From NCBI GenBank assembly GCA_030754595.1, contig JASLZZ010000017.1, positions 1-62,619 on the forward strand: a DNA stretch of 62,619 bases. Direction: 5' to 3'. Each line of letters begins with the position of its first letter. The stretch's first letter is position 1. Origin of the DNA: Nitrospinota bacterium (GTDB taxonomy: Bacteria; UBA8248). The translations under genes and the position numbers were made by a program. This document shows, piece by piece, positions 19,082-29,361 of the stretch. Below the pieces are notes generated by a model, which had not been told where the DNA came from, searched no databases, and saw nothing but the letters and a program-made list of their open reading frames with translations.

Positions 19082-19839
19082 AGGACCTGGATCGGACCTT
19101 CCGAGCTTCCGGCGAGGAACTGCCGGATCACGGGGTTTTCCATCCCTGCGATTTCGCCGGGCGGACCGTGCGCGATGATTTTCCCCTCGTGGAGCATGGC
19201 GACCGAATGAGCGAATTCCATCGCGTGTTTGATGTCATGGCTGATAACAACCGAAGTGATATTGAGGGATTCCTCCATGTGCACGATGAGCCGATCGATC
19301 GAATCGGAGAGGATCGGATCGAGCCCGGTCGTCGGCTCGTCGTAGAGGAGAATCTCGGGCTCCCGGATGATCGCCCGCGCCAGCCCGACCCGCTTTTGCA
19401 TCCCGCCCGAGAGTTGAGAGGGCATCCGGTCCTCGATGCCGTCGAGGCCGACGAGATGAAGTTTTTCCCGCACTTTTCCCGAAATTTCCTTCTGCGTCAT
19501 CCGGGTATGCTCCTGGAGGGGAAACGAGACGTTCTCCCCCACCGTCATCGAATCGAACAGCGCGCCGCCCTGAAAGAGCATCCCGAATTTGGCGCGGACC
19601 CGGTTAAGATGGGCCCCGCGCAATGCTGAGATATTCTCGCCATCGACCAGAACCTCGCCCCGGTCCGGACGAATCAGGCAAATGAGATGCTTGAGCAGCA
19701 CGCTCTTGCCCTCGCCGCTCCGGCCGATGATGATCGTGATCTCGCCTTCGCGGATTTGAAGATCCACCCCCCGGAGGACGTTGTTTTTGCCGAAGGATTT
19801 CTCCACCCCGCGAATGTCGATTTTGACCTTCCCGCTCAT
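19078..19839 (-). CDS. mlaF: MlaF/Ttg2A-type ABC ATPase
   Basis: GRSGEGKS, FQGGALFDSMTV, LSGGMQKRVGLARA, YDEPTTGLDP, C-terminal QFLAGSSEGP; ATG at 19839. Confidence 0.8.
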   Translation of the reverse strand: MSGKVKIDIRGVEKSFGKNNVLRGVDLQIREGEITIIIGRSGEGKSVLLKHLICLIRPDRGEVLVDGENISALRGAHLNRVRAKFGMLFQGGALFDSMTVGENVSFPLQEHTRMTQKEISGKVREKLHLVGLDGIEDRMPSQLSGGMQKRVGLARAIIREPEILLYDEPTTGLDPILSDSIDRLIVHMEESLNITSVVISHDIKHAMEFAHSVAMLHEGKIIAHGPPGEIAGMENPVIRQFLAGSSEGPIQVL

Positions 19840-21071
19840 GCTCCCGCGCCTCCAAGCGCCCGAACGCCCACGACGCGCCCCTCGCGGCAAAATACCCGAG
19901 GCACCCGGACGCCCACCCCCGACATGATCTCATAAGTAATCGTCTGTGTCCTCGCGGCCAGCTCCTCGAAAGTGATTCGCTCCTCCCCCTGCCCCCCGAT
20001 CACGACAGCTTCGTCCCCCGCCGCGACATCGCCGGCGTCGGTCACGTCGAGCGCGATCATGTCCATCGATACCCGCCCGGCGAGGGGGACCCGCTTTCCC
20101 CGAACCAGGGCGTCCGCCCGGTTAGAGAGAAGCCTCGGGTAGCCGTCCGCATAGCCTATCGGGACGATGGCGATGCGGCCGGAGGCGCTCCTGCGGTAGG
20201 TCCCGCCGTAGCCGATCGCCTCGCCGGCGGCGACTTCCTTGACCTGGATGAGCGCGCTCTTGAGGGTCATCGCGGGCCTAAGGCCGATGCCGGGGGCCTG
20301 GGGCGGCGGGCATCCGTAGAGGGCGATTCCCGCCCTGGAGAGCCCGCCCAGGGCATCCGGAAAATTCAGGCCGCCGGCGCTGTTGGCCGTGTGGACGATG
20401 GGCGGAAGAAGGCCGGCCACCTTCAGCTCCTCGGTCAAAGACCGGACAACCTCGAACTGCGCCCGGGTGGGGGGGCCGCCATCGTCCTCATCGGCGCGGG
20501 CGAGGTGGCTCATCAAGCCCGTGGCCTCGAGGCCGGGCATCGCGCCCGCCCGGCGCAGGAAATCCGCCACCTCGCCGGGCGGGATTCCGAGGCGGCGCAT
20601 ACCCGAATCGACCTTCAGGTGAACGCGTGCAGTGCGGCTCACAGAAGTTGCCGCCTCCGAGAGCGCCTCGGCCTGGTCCGCATCCCAGATCACGGCGTCG
20701 AGATCGGCGGCGACGACGCGGGGGGCAAGCCGGGGGGAGGCTCCGCTCATCACCAGAATGCGAACTTCGCCGGGAGGACCGCTTCCGGCGGAGCGCCTTA
20801 AATCCTCGCCTTCCTCGACCGTCGCCACGGCGAGCCAGCCCGCGCCCGCGCGGACAAAAGCCGCCGCGGTCTCACGGGCCCCATGGCCGTAGGCCTCGGC
20901 CTTGACCACCCCGGCGAGCTCCCGCCCCGAGCCGAGGGAGCTCGCGTATTTACTGAAATTCTCGCCAAGCGTGTCCAGATCGATAAAGGCGGCGGTGGGT
21001 CTTCCGGTCAGAGTGAATTTCCCGGCCGCGTCCTCGGGGCCGGGAGGCGAATCCGGGAGGCCGGCGGTCAA
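19836..21071 (-). CDS. alr: Alanine racemase
   Basis: VVKAEAYGHG, DSGMRRLG, GYADG, GRVSMD; follows dnaB. Confidence 0.95.
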   Translation of the reverse strand: MTAGLPDSPPGPEDAAGKFTLTGRPTAAFIDLDTLGENFSKYASSLGSGRELAGVVKAEAYGHGARETAAAFVRAGAGWLAVATVEEGEDLRRSAGSGPPGEVRILVMSGASPRLAPRVVAADLDAVIWDADQAEALSEAATSVSRTARVHLKVDSGMRRLGIPPGEVADFLRRAGAMPGLEATGLMSHLARADEDDGGPPTRAQFEVVRSLTEELKVAGLLPPIVHTANSAGGLNFPDALGGLSRAGIALYGCPPPQAPGIGLRPAMTLKSALIQVKEVAAGEAIGYGGTYRRSASGRIAIVPIGYADGYPRLLSNRADALVRGKRVPLAGRVSMDMIALDVTDAGDVAAGDEAVVIGGQGEERITFEELAARTQTITYEIMSGVGVRVPRVFCREGRVVGVRALGGAGA

Positions 21072-22552
21072 AGGCCCACCTCCTCCTCCGTTTCGAACAC
21101 TTCGGCGGCGGGCGCCGAGGCGCCCTCGTGGAAGGTGTCGAGGTTGGTGAAGCGGGTGTAATCCTGAAAAAAGCGGAGCTGCACGTCGTCGGTGGGACCG
21201 TTTCGCTGCTTGGCGACGATGATGGTGGCCTCGCCCTTTTTATCGGATTCCCTGTCGTAGTAATCCTCGCGGTAGAGAAGCGCGACCAGATCGGCGTCCT
21301 GCTCGATGGAGCCCGACTCGCGAAGGTCGGCGAGATTCGGGCGCCTTCCCTCCCGCGACTCGACCGCCCGGGAGAGCTGGCTCAGCGCCATCACCGGGAC
21401 ATTCAGCTCCTTCGCCAGACTCTTGAGCCCGCGGGTGATCTCGCTGATCTCGACCTGGCGGCTCTCGAACCTCTGGCTCCGGTGGGAAATGAGCTGGAGA
21501 TAATCGACGATGACGAGCCCAAGGCCCTGATCGGCCAGAAGGCGGCGGCTTTTCGCCCGGATGTCGAACACGGTGGATTCGGTCGAATCGTCCACGAAGA
21601 TTGGAGACTCTGAAAGCTCGCCGGCGGAGCGAATGAGGTCGGGCCACCGCCGCGCCGGCATGTAGCCGCTCTGGAGCTGCTTGGCGTTCACCAACGCCCG
21701 CCCGCACATCATCCGGATGGCCAGGGCGCGGGCGCTCATCTCGAGACTGAAGATGGCGGTCGGCACCTTGGCGCTGATGGCCGCGTACTCGGCGATGCAG
21801 AGGGCCAGGGCGGTCTTGCCCATGCTCGGGCGGCCGGCGACGATGACCAGTTCGGCGGGCTGGAGCCCGCTCGTCAGCTTGTCGAGGTCGGTGAAACCCG
21901 TGGGAACCCCGGTCACCAACTCCTTGCGGTCATAGAGCATCTCAAGGTGCGGAAAGGTCGTCTTGACGATCTCCTTCATGGTGCCGACTTTTTGCTCGTA
22001 GCGGTCCGAGGAGACCTCGAAGATGGCCCGCTCGGCATCGTCGATGAGGGTGTCCACATCCTCCTCGTCGGTGAAGGCGCGCTCGGCGATGGCGTTTGAG
22101 GTCTGGATCAGGCTGCGCTGGAGGGCGGTGGCGCGCACCAGCTTGGCGTAGGTCACCGCCCGGCGGGCGCTCGATACATCGTCGGAGAGGCGGGCCACAT
22201 ATTCGGGGCCGCCGCTCTCGTCGAGCTTGCCCGTTTTTTTGAGCCTATCGACGATGGTGAGGATGTCGATCGGCTCGTTCTTCTCGAAGAGGTGGATCAT
22301 CGCCTCGAAGATGACGCGGTGACTCAGCCGGTAAAGATGCTGGGGACGGAGGATTTCCATGACGTTGGCGACGGTGCCCCCCTCGCCGCCGTCGAGCAGG
22401 ATGGCGCCGAGGACGCGCTGCTCGGCCTCGATGTTCTGGGGCGGAAGGTGACCGGCCACTTCACTGCGTTGGGTGGTGTTCAGCGCTTCCACGAAAAAAA
22501 GCCTCGAGATGCGAATCGTAGCTGGATGGGCGGTTTTAGAGCGGGCTACCAA
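21068..22552 (-). CDS. dnaB: Replicative DNA helicase (start may be the GTG at 22492)
   Basis: PPQNIEAE, GRPSMGKT, FSLEMS, VDYLQL, DLRESGSIEQDAD, KQRNGP. Confidence 0.96.
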   Translation of the reverse strand: MVARSKTAHPATIRISRLFFVEALNTTQRSEVAGHLPPQNIEAEQRVLGAILLDGGEGGTVANVMEILRPQHLYRLSHRVIFEAMIHLFEKNEPIDILTIVDRLKKTGKLDESGGPEYVARLSDDVSSARRAVTYAKLVRATALQRSLIQTSNAIAERAFTDEEDVDTLIDDAERAIFEVSSDRYEQKVGTMKEIVKTTFPHLEMLYDRKELVTGVPTGFTDLDKLTSGLQPAELVIVAGRPSMGKTALALCIAEYAAISAKVPTAIFSLEMSARALAIRMMCGRALVNAKQLQSGYMPARRWPDLIRSAGELSESPIFVDDSTESTVFDIRAKSRRLLADQGLGLVIVDYLQLISHRSQRFESRQVEISEITRGLKSLAKELNVPVMALSQLSRAVESREGRRPNLADLRESGSIEQDADLVALLYREDYYDRESDKKGEATIIVAKQRNGPTDDVQLRFFQDYTRFTNLDTFHEGASAPAAEVFETEEEVGL

Positions 22553-22630
22553 TCTCCCAAAGGGTACAGGAGATCGGCCGAAAGCGAAACATAAAAATCG
22601 AGGATTCCCTTATATGCCGGAGAATTCCCC

Positions 22631-22662
22631 AAAAAAAGGGCCGCCCGGAGGCGGCCTTTTTT
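22631..22662 (-). terminator. Rho-independent terminator after rplI (bidirectional form)
   Basis: A7-g-GGCCGCC-cgga-GGCGGCC-T6. Confidence 0.75.
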
Positions 22663-22712
22663 CCGTAGGGGTCGGAAATAATACGCCCAAGGGGCGCTCC
22701 CCCCCCCCGGGG

Positions 22713-23354
22713 TTACCCGGCGGCGTCTTTTTCCCCGCCGCCGGCGCTCTCGGCGTCCGGCCCAGCTTCCAACTCGGCGGAAGGCTCATCGCCTCCTTCG
22801 CTCTCGGCGGAGACTTCCTCCCCGGACGGCGGTGCCGAGTCCTCTTCTGATCCGGCGTCATCGCCCTTGGCTTCTTCAATGGAGGTTTCCTCCTCGGGCG
22901 GCGGCGCCGACTCGTCGGCCAGGACGTGGACCTTCACCTCGACCCGGACCTCGGGATGGAGGCGAATCGAGACATCATACTCGCCCAGCCGCCGGATCGG
23001 CTCATCGAGGAGAATCTTCCGGCGGCCCACCTCGAGGCCCTTCTCGGCGAGGGCGGCCTCGATGTCACGGTTCGTCACCGAGCCGAACAGGCGCCCGTCC
23101 TCGCCGGCGCGGACAGTGAACTCCACCTCGGCGCCGAAGAAGCGCTTCGCGTCCTCCTCGGAACCCCGCTTGGCCACCTCAATCTGCGCCTCGCGGATCA
23201 TCTGCTCGTGCTGGGCGGCGCGGACCGAATTCGCCGTGGCGTGGATGGCCACCCCCCTGGGAATCAGGTGGTTCATCCCGTAGCCGTCGGCGACCTCGAC
23301 AACGTCGCCCACGTCGCCCAAATTCTCGACCTCTTTTCTCAGTATTACGCGCAT
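22713..23354 (-). CDS. rplI: 50S ribosomal protein L9 with a long acidic C-terminal tail
   Basis: MRVILRKEVENLG, VADGYG, GRLFGSVT; ATG at 23354. Confidence 0.95.
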   Translation of the reverse strand: MRVILRKEVENLGDVGDVVEVADGYGMNHLIPRGVAIHATANSVRAAQHEQMIREAQIEVAKRGSEEDAKRFFGAEVEFTVRAGEDGRLFGSVTNRDIEAALAEKGLEVGRRKILLDEPIRRLGEYDVSIRLHPEVRVEVKVHVLADESAPPPEEETSIEEAKGDDAGSEEDSAPPSGEEVSAESEGGDEPSAELEAGPDAESAGGGEKDAAG

Positions 23355-23370
23355 CGATTCTTCCCTCGCC

Positions 23371-23643
23371 CTATGAATGGTCCACGGTATAGGGCACCAG
23401 GCCCATGAAGCGCGCCCGTTTGATGGCAATCGTGAGCTGGCGCTGAAAGCGGGCCGAAGTGCCCGTCACGCGGCGGGGAATGATCTTGCCCCGATCGCTC
23501 ACCATATTCCGCAGGGTTTTCACGTCCTTGTAGTCGATATAAGCGACACCGTCCGCAGTGAACCTGCAGATTTTCTTGCGCACAAAGCGCTTTTTTTTCT
23601 TTTTCCTGTCGCCGGTTGTTCTCCGGCCGGGAGAGAATGCCAT
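23371..23643 (-). CDS. rpsR: 30S ribosomal protein S18 (lacks a full Zn-ligand set)
   Basis: [28 protein letters not shown]. Confidence 0.96.
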   Translation of the reverse strand: MAFSPGRRTTGDRKKKKKRFVRKKICRFTADGVAYIDYKDVKTLRNMVSDRGKIIPRRVTGTSARFQRQLTIAIKRARFMGLVPYTVDHS

Positions 23644-23676
23644 CGTGTCCTCCGAGACCCGTTCTCCTGGGTCAAT

Positions 23677-24144
23677 CTAAAATGGAATGTCGTCGTCTGT
23701 CATGGGTGGCGGCTCACCGGGGCCGCCCTGCGGGCCGGCCGGAGGGCCGGACCAGCTGCCTCCGGCGCCCTGGGCCTGGGCGCGGCCGGAGACCCCCTGC
23801 CCCCCCTCGTCGCGCCGCGCGATGAAGTGGACATTGAAAGCCACAACCTCGTGCTTGCTCCTTCGGGTGCCGGTGCCGTCCTGGGCCTCCCAGGTGTTAA
23901 AGCTCAGGCGCCCATCGACGAGAACCGGGCTGCCCTTCGTGCAATTCTCCATGGTCCAGTCGCCCTGCGCCCCGAACACCACGATATCGACAAAACAGGT
24001 GTCCTCCTTCCACTCCTCCCCGGAGCGGTAACGGCGATTGACGGCCAGTCCGAAATTCACCACCGAAGTCCCCGACGGTAAAAAACGCTTTTCCGGATCC
24101 CGCGTGAGATTTCCTCTCAAAAGGACCTGGTTCATCTGGGCCAT
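23677..24144 (-). CDS. ssb: Single-stranded DNA-binding protein
   Basis: NQVLLRGNLTRDPE OB fold; C-terminal DDDIPF. Confidence 0.96.
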   Translation of the reverse strand: MAQMNQVLLRGNLTRDPEKRFLPSGTSVVNFGLAVNRRYRSGEEWKEDTCFVDIVVFGAQGDWTMENCTKGSPVLVDGRLSFNTWEAQDGTGTRRSKHEVVAFNVHFIARRDEGGQGVSGRAQAQGAGGSWSGPPAGPQGGPGEPPPMTDDDIPF

Positions 24145-24169
24145 GGAATACCCTCTCGTTTAAAGTTAT

Positions 24170-24589
24170 CTAATCTCGCCGACGGCGTTTGCCGTCCTCA
24201 TCCCTGCCTCGCTCATCATCCCTGTCTCGCCCCTCGCCGTCGCCTCGAGCCCCCAGGCGGGAAGCGGCCGCCTTGACGTTCTTCTCCAGTTTTCTCAGCA
24301 TGGCGTCGTCCATCCGCACGGTCATGAACCGCCACGAATCCTCGTCGAGACGAAGCTGGCGCTCGATATCCTTGATGATGGCGTCTTCGGATTTATAGGT
24401 GACGACGAAGTAGATGCCGTGCCGCTGGTCGTTGATTTCGTAGGCGAGGCGCTTTTTTCCCCAGCGATCGACGCTGAGAATTTCGCCCCCGTTATCGATG
24501 ATGTGCTTCTCGAACTTCGTGACTCGCTCTCCGACCGCCTCCTCTTCAAGGTCGGGCGAGAGCAAGACCATGGTTTCGTACTGCCGCAT
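24170..24589 (-). CDS. rpsF: 30S ribosomal protein S6
   Basis: MRQYETM, WGKKRLAYEI. Confidence 0.96.
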   Translation of the reverse strand: MRQYETMVLLSPDLEEEAVGERVTKFEKHIIDNGGEILSVDRWGKKRLAYEINDQRHGIYFVVTYKSEDAIIKDIERQLRLDEDSWRFMTVRMDDAMLRKLEKNVKAAASRLGARGDGEGRDRDDERGRDEDGKRRRRD

Positions 24590-24592
24590 CGA

Positions 24593-24646
24593 CTGCTCCT
24601 CTCGGACTAGACGGCCCCGGATCCCAAATGCCCGGAGCGAGGAGTT
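24593..24646 (-). promoter_or_regulatory. S6:S18 ribosomal protein leader RNA
   Basis: Minus strand CTCCTCGCTCCGGG...CCGGGGCCGTCTAGTCCGAGAGGAG: CUCCU pairs with the SD, with an inner hairpin and the CCG motif typical of the rpsF leader. Confidence 0.75.
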
Positions 24647-24743
24647 CCGTAGAACCCTATCACAGTTAGTAATATCCGGCCACGGGAGGAGACACGCCGC
24701 CGCCGCCCGGTCCGGTCCGTGTTTATACCCTATTCCACTCCCT

Positions 24744-26738
24744 CTAAAAAAGCGGCGCCAGGACGAGGGAGACGATGGACATCAGCTTGATGAGAATGTT
24801 CATCGAGGGTCCCGAAGTGTCCTTCATCGGGTCGCCCACCGTATCGCCGACGACGGAGGCCTTATGGGCCTCGGAGCCCTTGCCGCCGAGTTTTCCGTCC
24901 TCGATCTCTTTCTTGGCGTTATCCCAGGCCCCACCGGCGTTGGCCATCAGGAGGGCCATGAGTACGCCCGAAAGGAGCGCTCCCGCCAGCATGCCGCCGA
25001 GCGCTTCCTTGCCCATCAGGAATCCGATCAGGATGGGCGCCACCACCGCCGTCAAGCTGGGAATAATCATTTCCTTGAGGGCCGCCTGCGTGCTGATATC
25101 GATGCACCTCGCACTGTCGGGCTCCGCCGTCCCCTCCATGATGCCGGGGTTCTCGCGGAACTGGCGGCGGATTTCCTGAATCATGATGAACGCCGCCTTG
25201 CCGACCGAGCTCATCGTCATCGAAGCGATGACAAACGGGATGGTGCCGCCAATCAGCAACCCGGCGACCACCCGCGCATTGGTCAGATCGATTTGTTGAA
25301 GGTTGGCGGCCTTGGTGTAGGCCGCGAAAAAGGCCAAAGCGGTCAGGGCCGCCGAGCCGATGGCGAACCCCTTGCCGATTGCCGCAGTCGTGTTCCCCAG
25401 GGCGTCGAGGCTGTCGGTAATCTCCCGCGTCTCGGGTCCCAACTCGGCCATTTCGGAGATTCCGCCCGCGTTGTCCGCGATCGGCCCGTAGGCGTCCACC
25501 GACATCGTGATGCCGATGGTGGCGAGCATGCCGATGGCCGCGACCGAGATACCGTAGAGCCCCGCCATGTTATTCGAGAAGAGCGTGACCAGGGCGAGTA
25601 CGATGATAGGCGGGCCGACGCTCTCCAGGCCCACGGCGAAACCTCCGATGATGTTGGTGGCCACTCCCGTCTCCGAGGCGTCCACGATGCGGCCCACCGG
25701 TTTCGTCCCGGTGCCCGTGTAGTATTCGGTCAACATGCCGATGGCGATTCCGCCGAGCGCGCCGAGAAGGATGGCTCCAAAAACGCCGCCCTTGACGCCG
25801 ATGGCGTTCGTCACGAAAAAGGCGAGAACGACGAAAACGCCCGCCGCGATGAAGGTCGAATTCCGAAGAGCCGCCGCCGGTTTCGATGAAGCGAGAGTTT
25901 TCATCGAACCGATTCCGACCACCGAGGCCACGAGGCCGATCATCGGAAGAATCATGGCCAAGGCCATCGCACCCTGGTTGGAGGTTCCGAGGATAGCGCC
26001 CGCCGTCGAGCCGATGAAGATCGTCGAAATGACCGCCCCCACGTAGGACTCGAACAGATCGGCTCCCATTCCGGCCACGTCGCCGACATTATCGCCTACG
26101 TTATCGGCGATGACGGCGGGGTTGCGCGGGTCGTCCTCGGGAATGTTCTCCTCGACCTTACCCACAAGGTCCGCTCCCACATCGGCCGTTTTCGTGAAAA
26201 TTCCACCGCCCACACGGGCGAAGAGCGCGATGGAGCTGGCTCCCATCGAGAACCCGGTGATGATGGAGGTGTTGCTCCCAATGTTGAGAATATCGAGGTA
26301 CCAGAATAAAAATCCGACACCCAGGAGCCCCAGGCTCGCAACCGAGAGACCCATCACGGTTCCGCCGTAGAAGGCCATCGAAAGGGCGCCGGCCTGTCCC
26401 TTGTCGGTGGCGGCGGCGGCCGTAGCCACATTGGCCTTCGTGGCGGCCTTCATCCCGCAAAAACCGGCCATGACCGAGCACGCGGCGCCGATGATGAACG
26501 CGAGACCCGTACTAATGTTCAGGAAGGCCCAGAGAAGAACGAAAACCACGGCCACGAAAATAGCGAGAATCTTATATTCACGGCGCAGGAAAACCATCGA
26601 CCCTTCAGCGATCTGTCCCGCGAGCTTCCGCATCAGGTCGTTGCCGTCGGGCTGGCCCGAGATCCATTTGTAAATCACGCCGGCCAACACCAACCCTGCG
26701 ATTCCAAATACGGCGGCTAAATTCGAAAAAGCGACCAT
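24744..26738 (-). CDS. hppA: Membrane-integral pyrophosphatase, K+-dependent signature
   Basis: [36 protein letters not shown]. Confidence 0.95.
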   Translation of the reverse strand: MVAFSNLAAVFGIAGLVLAGVIYKWISGQPDGNDLMRKLAGQIAEGSMVFLRREYKILAIFVAVVFVLLWAFLNISTGLAFIIGAACSVMAGFCGMKAATKANVATAAAATDKGQAGALSMAFYGGTVMGLSVASLGLLGVGFLFWYLDILNIGSNTSIITGFSMGASSIALFARVGGGIFTKTADVGADLVGKVEENIPEDDPRNPAVIADNVGDNVGDVAGMGADLFESYVGAVISTIFIGSTAGAILGTSNQGAMALAMILPMIGLVASVVGIGSMKTLASSKPAAALRNSTFIAAGVFVVLAFFVTNAIGVKGGVFGAILLGALGGIAIGMLTEYYTGTGTKPVGRIVDASETGVATNIIGGFAVGLESVGPPIIVLALVTLFSNNMAGLYGISVAAIGMLATIGITMSVDAYGPIADNAGGISEMAELGPETREITDSLDALGNTTAAIGKGFAIGSAALTALAFFAAYTKAANLQQIDLTNARVVAGLLIGGTIPFVIASMTMSSVGKAAFIMIQEIRRQFRENPGIMEGTAEPDSARCIDISTQAALKEMIIPSLTAVVAPILIGFLMGKEALGGMLAGALLSGVLMALLMANAGGAWDNAKKEIEDGKLGGKGSEAHKASVVGDTVGDPMKDTSGPSMNILIKLMSIVSLVLAPLF

Positions 26739-26841
26739 TGTTTCTAAAACCTCCTCCCGTTCTCGATTACCGGCTACATCGCCGGACCGGAAACGCGCCG
26801 CATTGCCTCGGGCCGGCGCGGCCCCGAATAAGCGGAATTAT

Positions 26842-27384
26842 TTATTTTCTCCGAACCAACCATTCCACCGCCCGGTCGGCGGCTTCCTGGACACCCGTTT
26901 TCGCCATCTCGAGTTCGTCCCCAAGAAAAGGGGAGAGGACCCAATCGGCGCCGTCAACGCCCCTGGGCCTGACGCCGAGACCGATACGAACCCGATCGAA
27001 ATCGTCGGTGCCCAGGCATTCAATGATGCTGCCGATCCCGTTATGGCCGGCATCTCCTCCCGCCGACTTGAATTTGACGCGGCCGAGGGCGATATCCATG
27101 TCATCGTGCAGGACGAGAATATCCTCGGGGCCGATCCCCTCGGAGCCGAGCAGCGCCCGGACCGCCCTTCCTGACTCGTTCATGTAGGTCTTGGGCTTGA
27201 CCAGGGCGACATTGTTGCCCCTTACCGACCCATATCCCACCAGGGAGCGCGCGGCCGTTTTCTCCACCGGAATACGCCACATTCCGGAGAGCCGGTCCAC
27301 AGTCCAGAAACCGAGATTGTGCCGCGTGAGTTCGTACTCGGGCCCCGGGTTCCCGAGACCAACGATGACCTTTGAAATTCCCAT
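26842..27384 (-). CDS. pth: Peptidyl-tRNA hydrolase
   Basis: GLGNPG, TRHNLG, TYMNESG, GHNG. Confidence 0.96.
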   Translation of the reverse strand: MGISKVIVGLGNPGPEYELTRHNLGFWTVDRLSGMWRIPVEKTAARSLVGYGSVRGNNVALVKPKTYMNESGRAVRALLGSEGIGPEDILVLHDDMDIALGRVKFKSAGGDAGHNGIGSIIECLGTDDFDRVRIGLGVRPRGVDGADWVLSPFLGDELEMAKTGVQEAADRAVEWLVRRK

Positions 27385-27425
27385 CGAATCGCCGGCTCGG
27401 GCGGACAGTCCGGTTATTCTTCTTT

Positions 27426-28094
27426 CTACTCGGACTCGTCCGCGGAAGCCTCGGCCTCGCCGCCCTCTGGCGCTTCTCCCTCGGCGACCTCACCCTCTTC
27501 GCCCTCGACCTCTTCGGGAACTTCCTCCTCTTCCTCGACAGGTACGATGACGGTGAAGATGGGATCGTCAAGGCCCGTAATCAGGTCCACTTCCCCGGGA
27601 AGCGTCAGGTCGCGAACGTGGATAACGTCGCCGATGTCCACCTCCGAGATGTCCACTGAAAATCCCTCGGGGATGGCATTGGGCAAACATTCGACCTCGA
27701 GCTCGCGCAGGAGCACCGAGAGGACGCCGCCCATTTTTTGTCCCACGCTCTCCCCCTCGAAGGTCAGCGGCACACTAATCCTGATCTGTTGATCCATTCT
27801 AATTTCCAGAAAATCCGCATGAACGATTTGATCGTTCATCGCATCACGCTGGAGCTCCTTGACGAGAACCGGGCGATCGGCCTTCTCCTCGCCCGCCAAA
27901 TCAAGCTGAAAAACAGCGTTCTCCCCGGCGCCTTGCGAGAATATACTCTCAAGCTCCTTCGGGTTTACCGTCACCGGAATGGGGTCCTGTATCCCGTAGA
28001 TAATTCCCGGAACCATACCCGTACGCCGGAGGCGGCGCGCCGCGGTTCTGCCCACTTCCTGGCGCGATTCTACTTCAAGGGACAAGTTATCCAT
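27426..28094 (-). CDS. rplY: 50S ribosomal protein L25/Ctc
   Basis: ARRLRRTGMVPGIIYG, HADF, CTC beta domain, acidic tail. Confidence 0.95.
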   Translation of the reverse strand: MDNLSLEVESRQEVGRTAARRLRRTGMVPGIIYGIQDPIPVTVNPKELESIFSQGAGENAVFQLDLAGEEKADRPVLVKELQRDAMNDQIVHADFLEIRMDQQIRISVPLTFEGESVGQKMGGVLSVLLRELEVECLPNAIPEGFSVDISEVDIGDVIHVRDLTLPGEVDLITGLDDPIFTVIVPVEEEEEVPEEVEGEEGEVAEGEAPEGGEAEASADESE

Positions 28095-28136
28095 TATATT
28101 TTCTCTCCATCCGGTCCGGCCGGCTTCGGTGGTCTG

Positions 28137-29084
28137 TTACTCAAAAAGACTGCTTACGGATGCATCCTCATGTATTCGGCGAATCGCCTCGGCGAGCAGG
28201 TTCGCCACCGAGACCACTTTAATCTGATTGCACCGGGCGCCCTCCTCGCTCAGCGGAATCGTATCGCTGACGACGAGTTCCTCGATCGGAGAGTCTATTA
28301 TCCGATCAATGGCGGGGCCGGAGAGGACGGGATGGGTGCAGGTGGCGAACACCCTCCTCGCTCCCGCATCGACAAGCGCCTTGGCCCCCAGGGTCAGGGT
28401 TCCGGCCGTGTCCACGATATCGTCCACAATCAGTACGTCCCGATCCCGGACGTCTCCGATGATGTGAAAGACTTCGGAGATATTGGCCCGCTCACGCCGC
28501 TTGTCGATGATGCCGAGGCCGGCGTCTAGGCGCTTGGCGTAAGCCCTGGCCCGCTCCACGCCGCCAGCGTCGGGAGATATCACCGTTAAATCCCTCATGC
28601 CGTCTCGCTTCTTGAAATAATCCATAACGATGGGACCGGCGAAAAGATGGTCAACCGGGATATCGAAGAAACCCTGAATCTGGCCCGCGTGGAGGTCCAT
28701 CGTTATCACCCGATCGGCGCCCGCCGCCACGAGCAAATTGGCGATGAGCTTCGCCGTAATCGGGACCCTCGGTTGCACCTTCCGGTCCTGGCGCGCGTAG
28801 GCGAAATAGGGAATTACCGCCGTTATCCGCTCGGCCGAGGACCTGCGGAACGCATCCATCATGATCAACAGTTCCATGAGGTTCGCGTTGCCGGGCTGGC
28901 ACAGGCTCTGCACCGCGAAAACATCCGCTCCGCGAATATTCTCCATGACCTGGACGAAGGTTTCCTCATCGCTGAAATCGATAATATCGATTGCGCCGGG
29001 ATCGATGCCCAGGTCGCCGACGATTTGCTTTCCCAGAACCGGATTCGATCGGCCGGCGAAGACCTTCAGTTGATAGCCCTTCAA
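28137..29084 (-). CDS. prs: Ribose-phosphate pyrophosphokinase
   Basis: YARQDRK, DLHAGQIQGFF, SPDAGG, VDDIVDTAGT. Confidence 0.97.
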   Translation of the reverse strand: MKGYQLKVFAGRSNPVLGKQIVGDLGIDPGAIDIIDFSDEETFVQVMENIRGADVFAVQSLCQPGNANLMELLIMMDAFRRSSAERITAVIPYFAYARQDRKVQPRVPITAKLIANLLVAAGADRVITMDLHAGQIQGFFDIPVDHLFAGPIVMDYFKKRDGMRDLTVISPDAGGVERARAYAKRLDAGLGIIDKRRERANISEVFHIIGDVRDRDVLIVDDIVDTAGTLTLGAKALVDAGARRVFATCTHPVLSGPAIDRIIDSPIEELVVSDTIPLSEEGARCNQIKVVSVANLLAEAIRRIHEDASVSSLFE

Positions 29085-29237
29085 ACCATCACACCTCGTT
29101 GGAGCGATACGATCAAAGTCAAAAGACGGCTTTTGTTACTAATTTCGGAATCTCCGGTCAAGTGGCTCGGCCCTTGAAATGGAAAACCTTTCCGTGCTGG
29201 GCCCGGCGCGGAAAGAAAAATCTCGTTTATCATTTTA

Positions 29238-29250
29238 AATCAATAAGTTG
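29238..29250 (+). promoter_or_regulatory. IHF-consensus site upstream of prs
   Basis: AATCAATAAGTTG matches WATCAANNNNTTR exactly, with an upstream A/T tract. Confidence 0.45.
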
Positions 29251-29361
29251 CAAAACAGTCCCGAACCGCGCTCCGCGCACGATGGGGGCGGTTTGGAGTA
29301 TTGTATTCGAACGGCAAAAGGAGGTTCCGGCCGCGTTCTCCCGCCGGGGACGGAACCCCGC

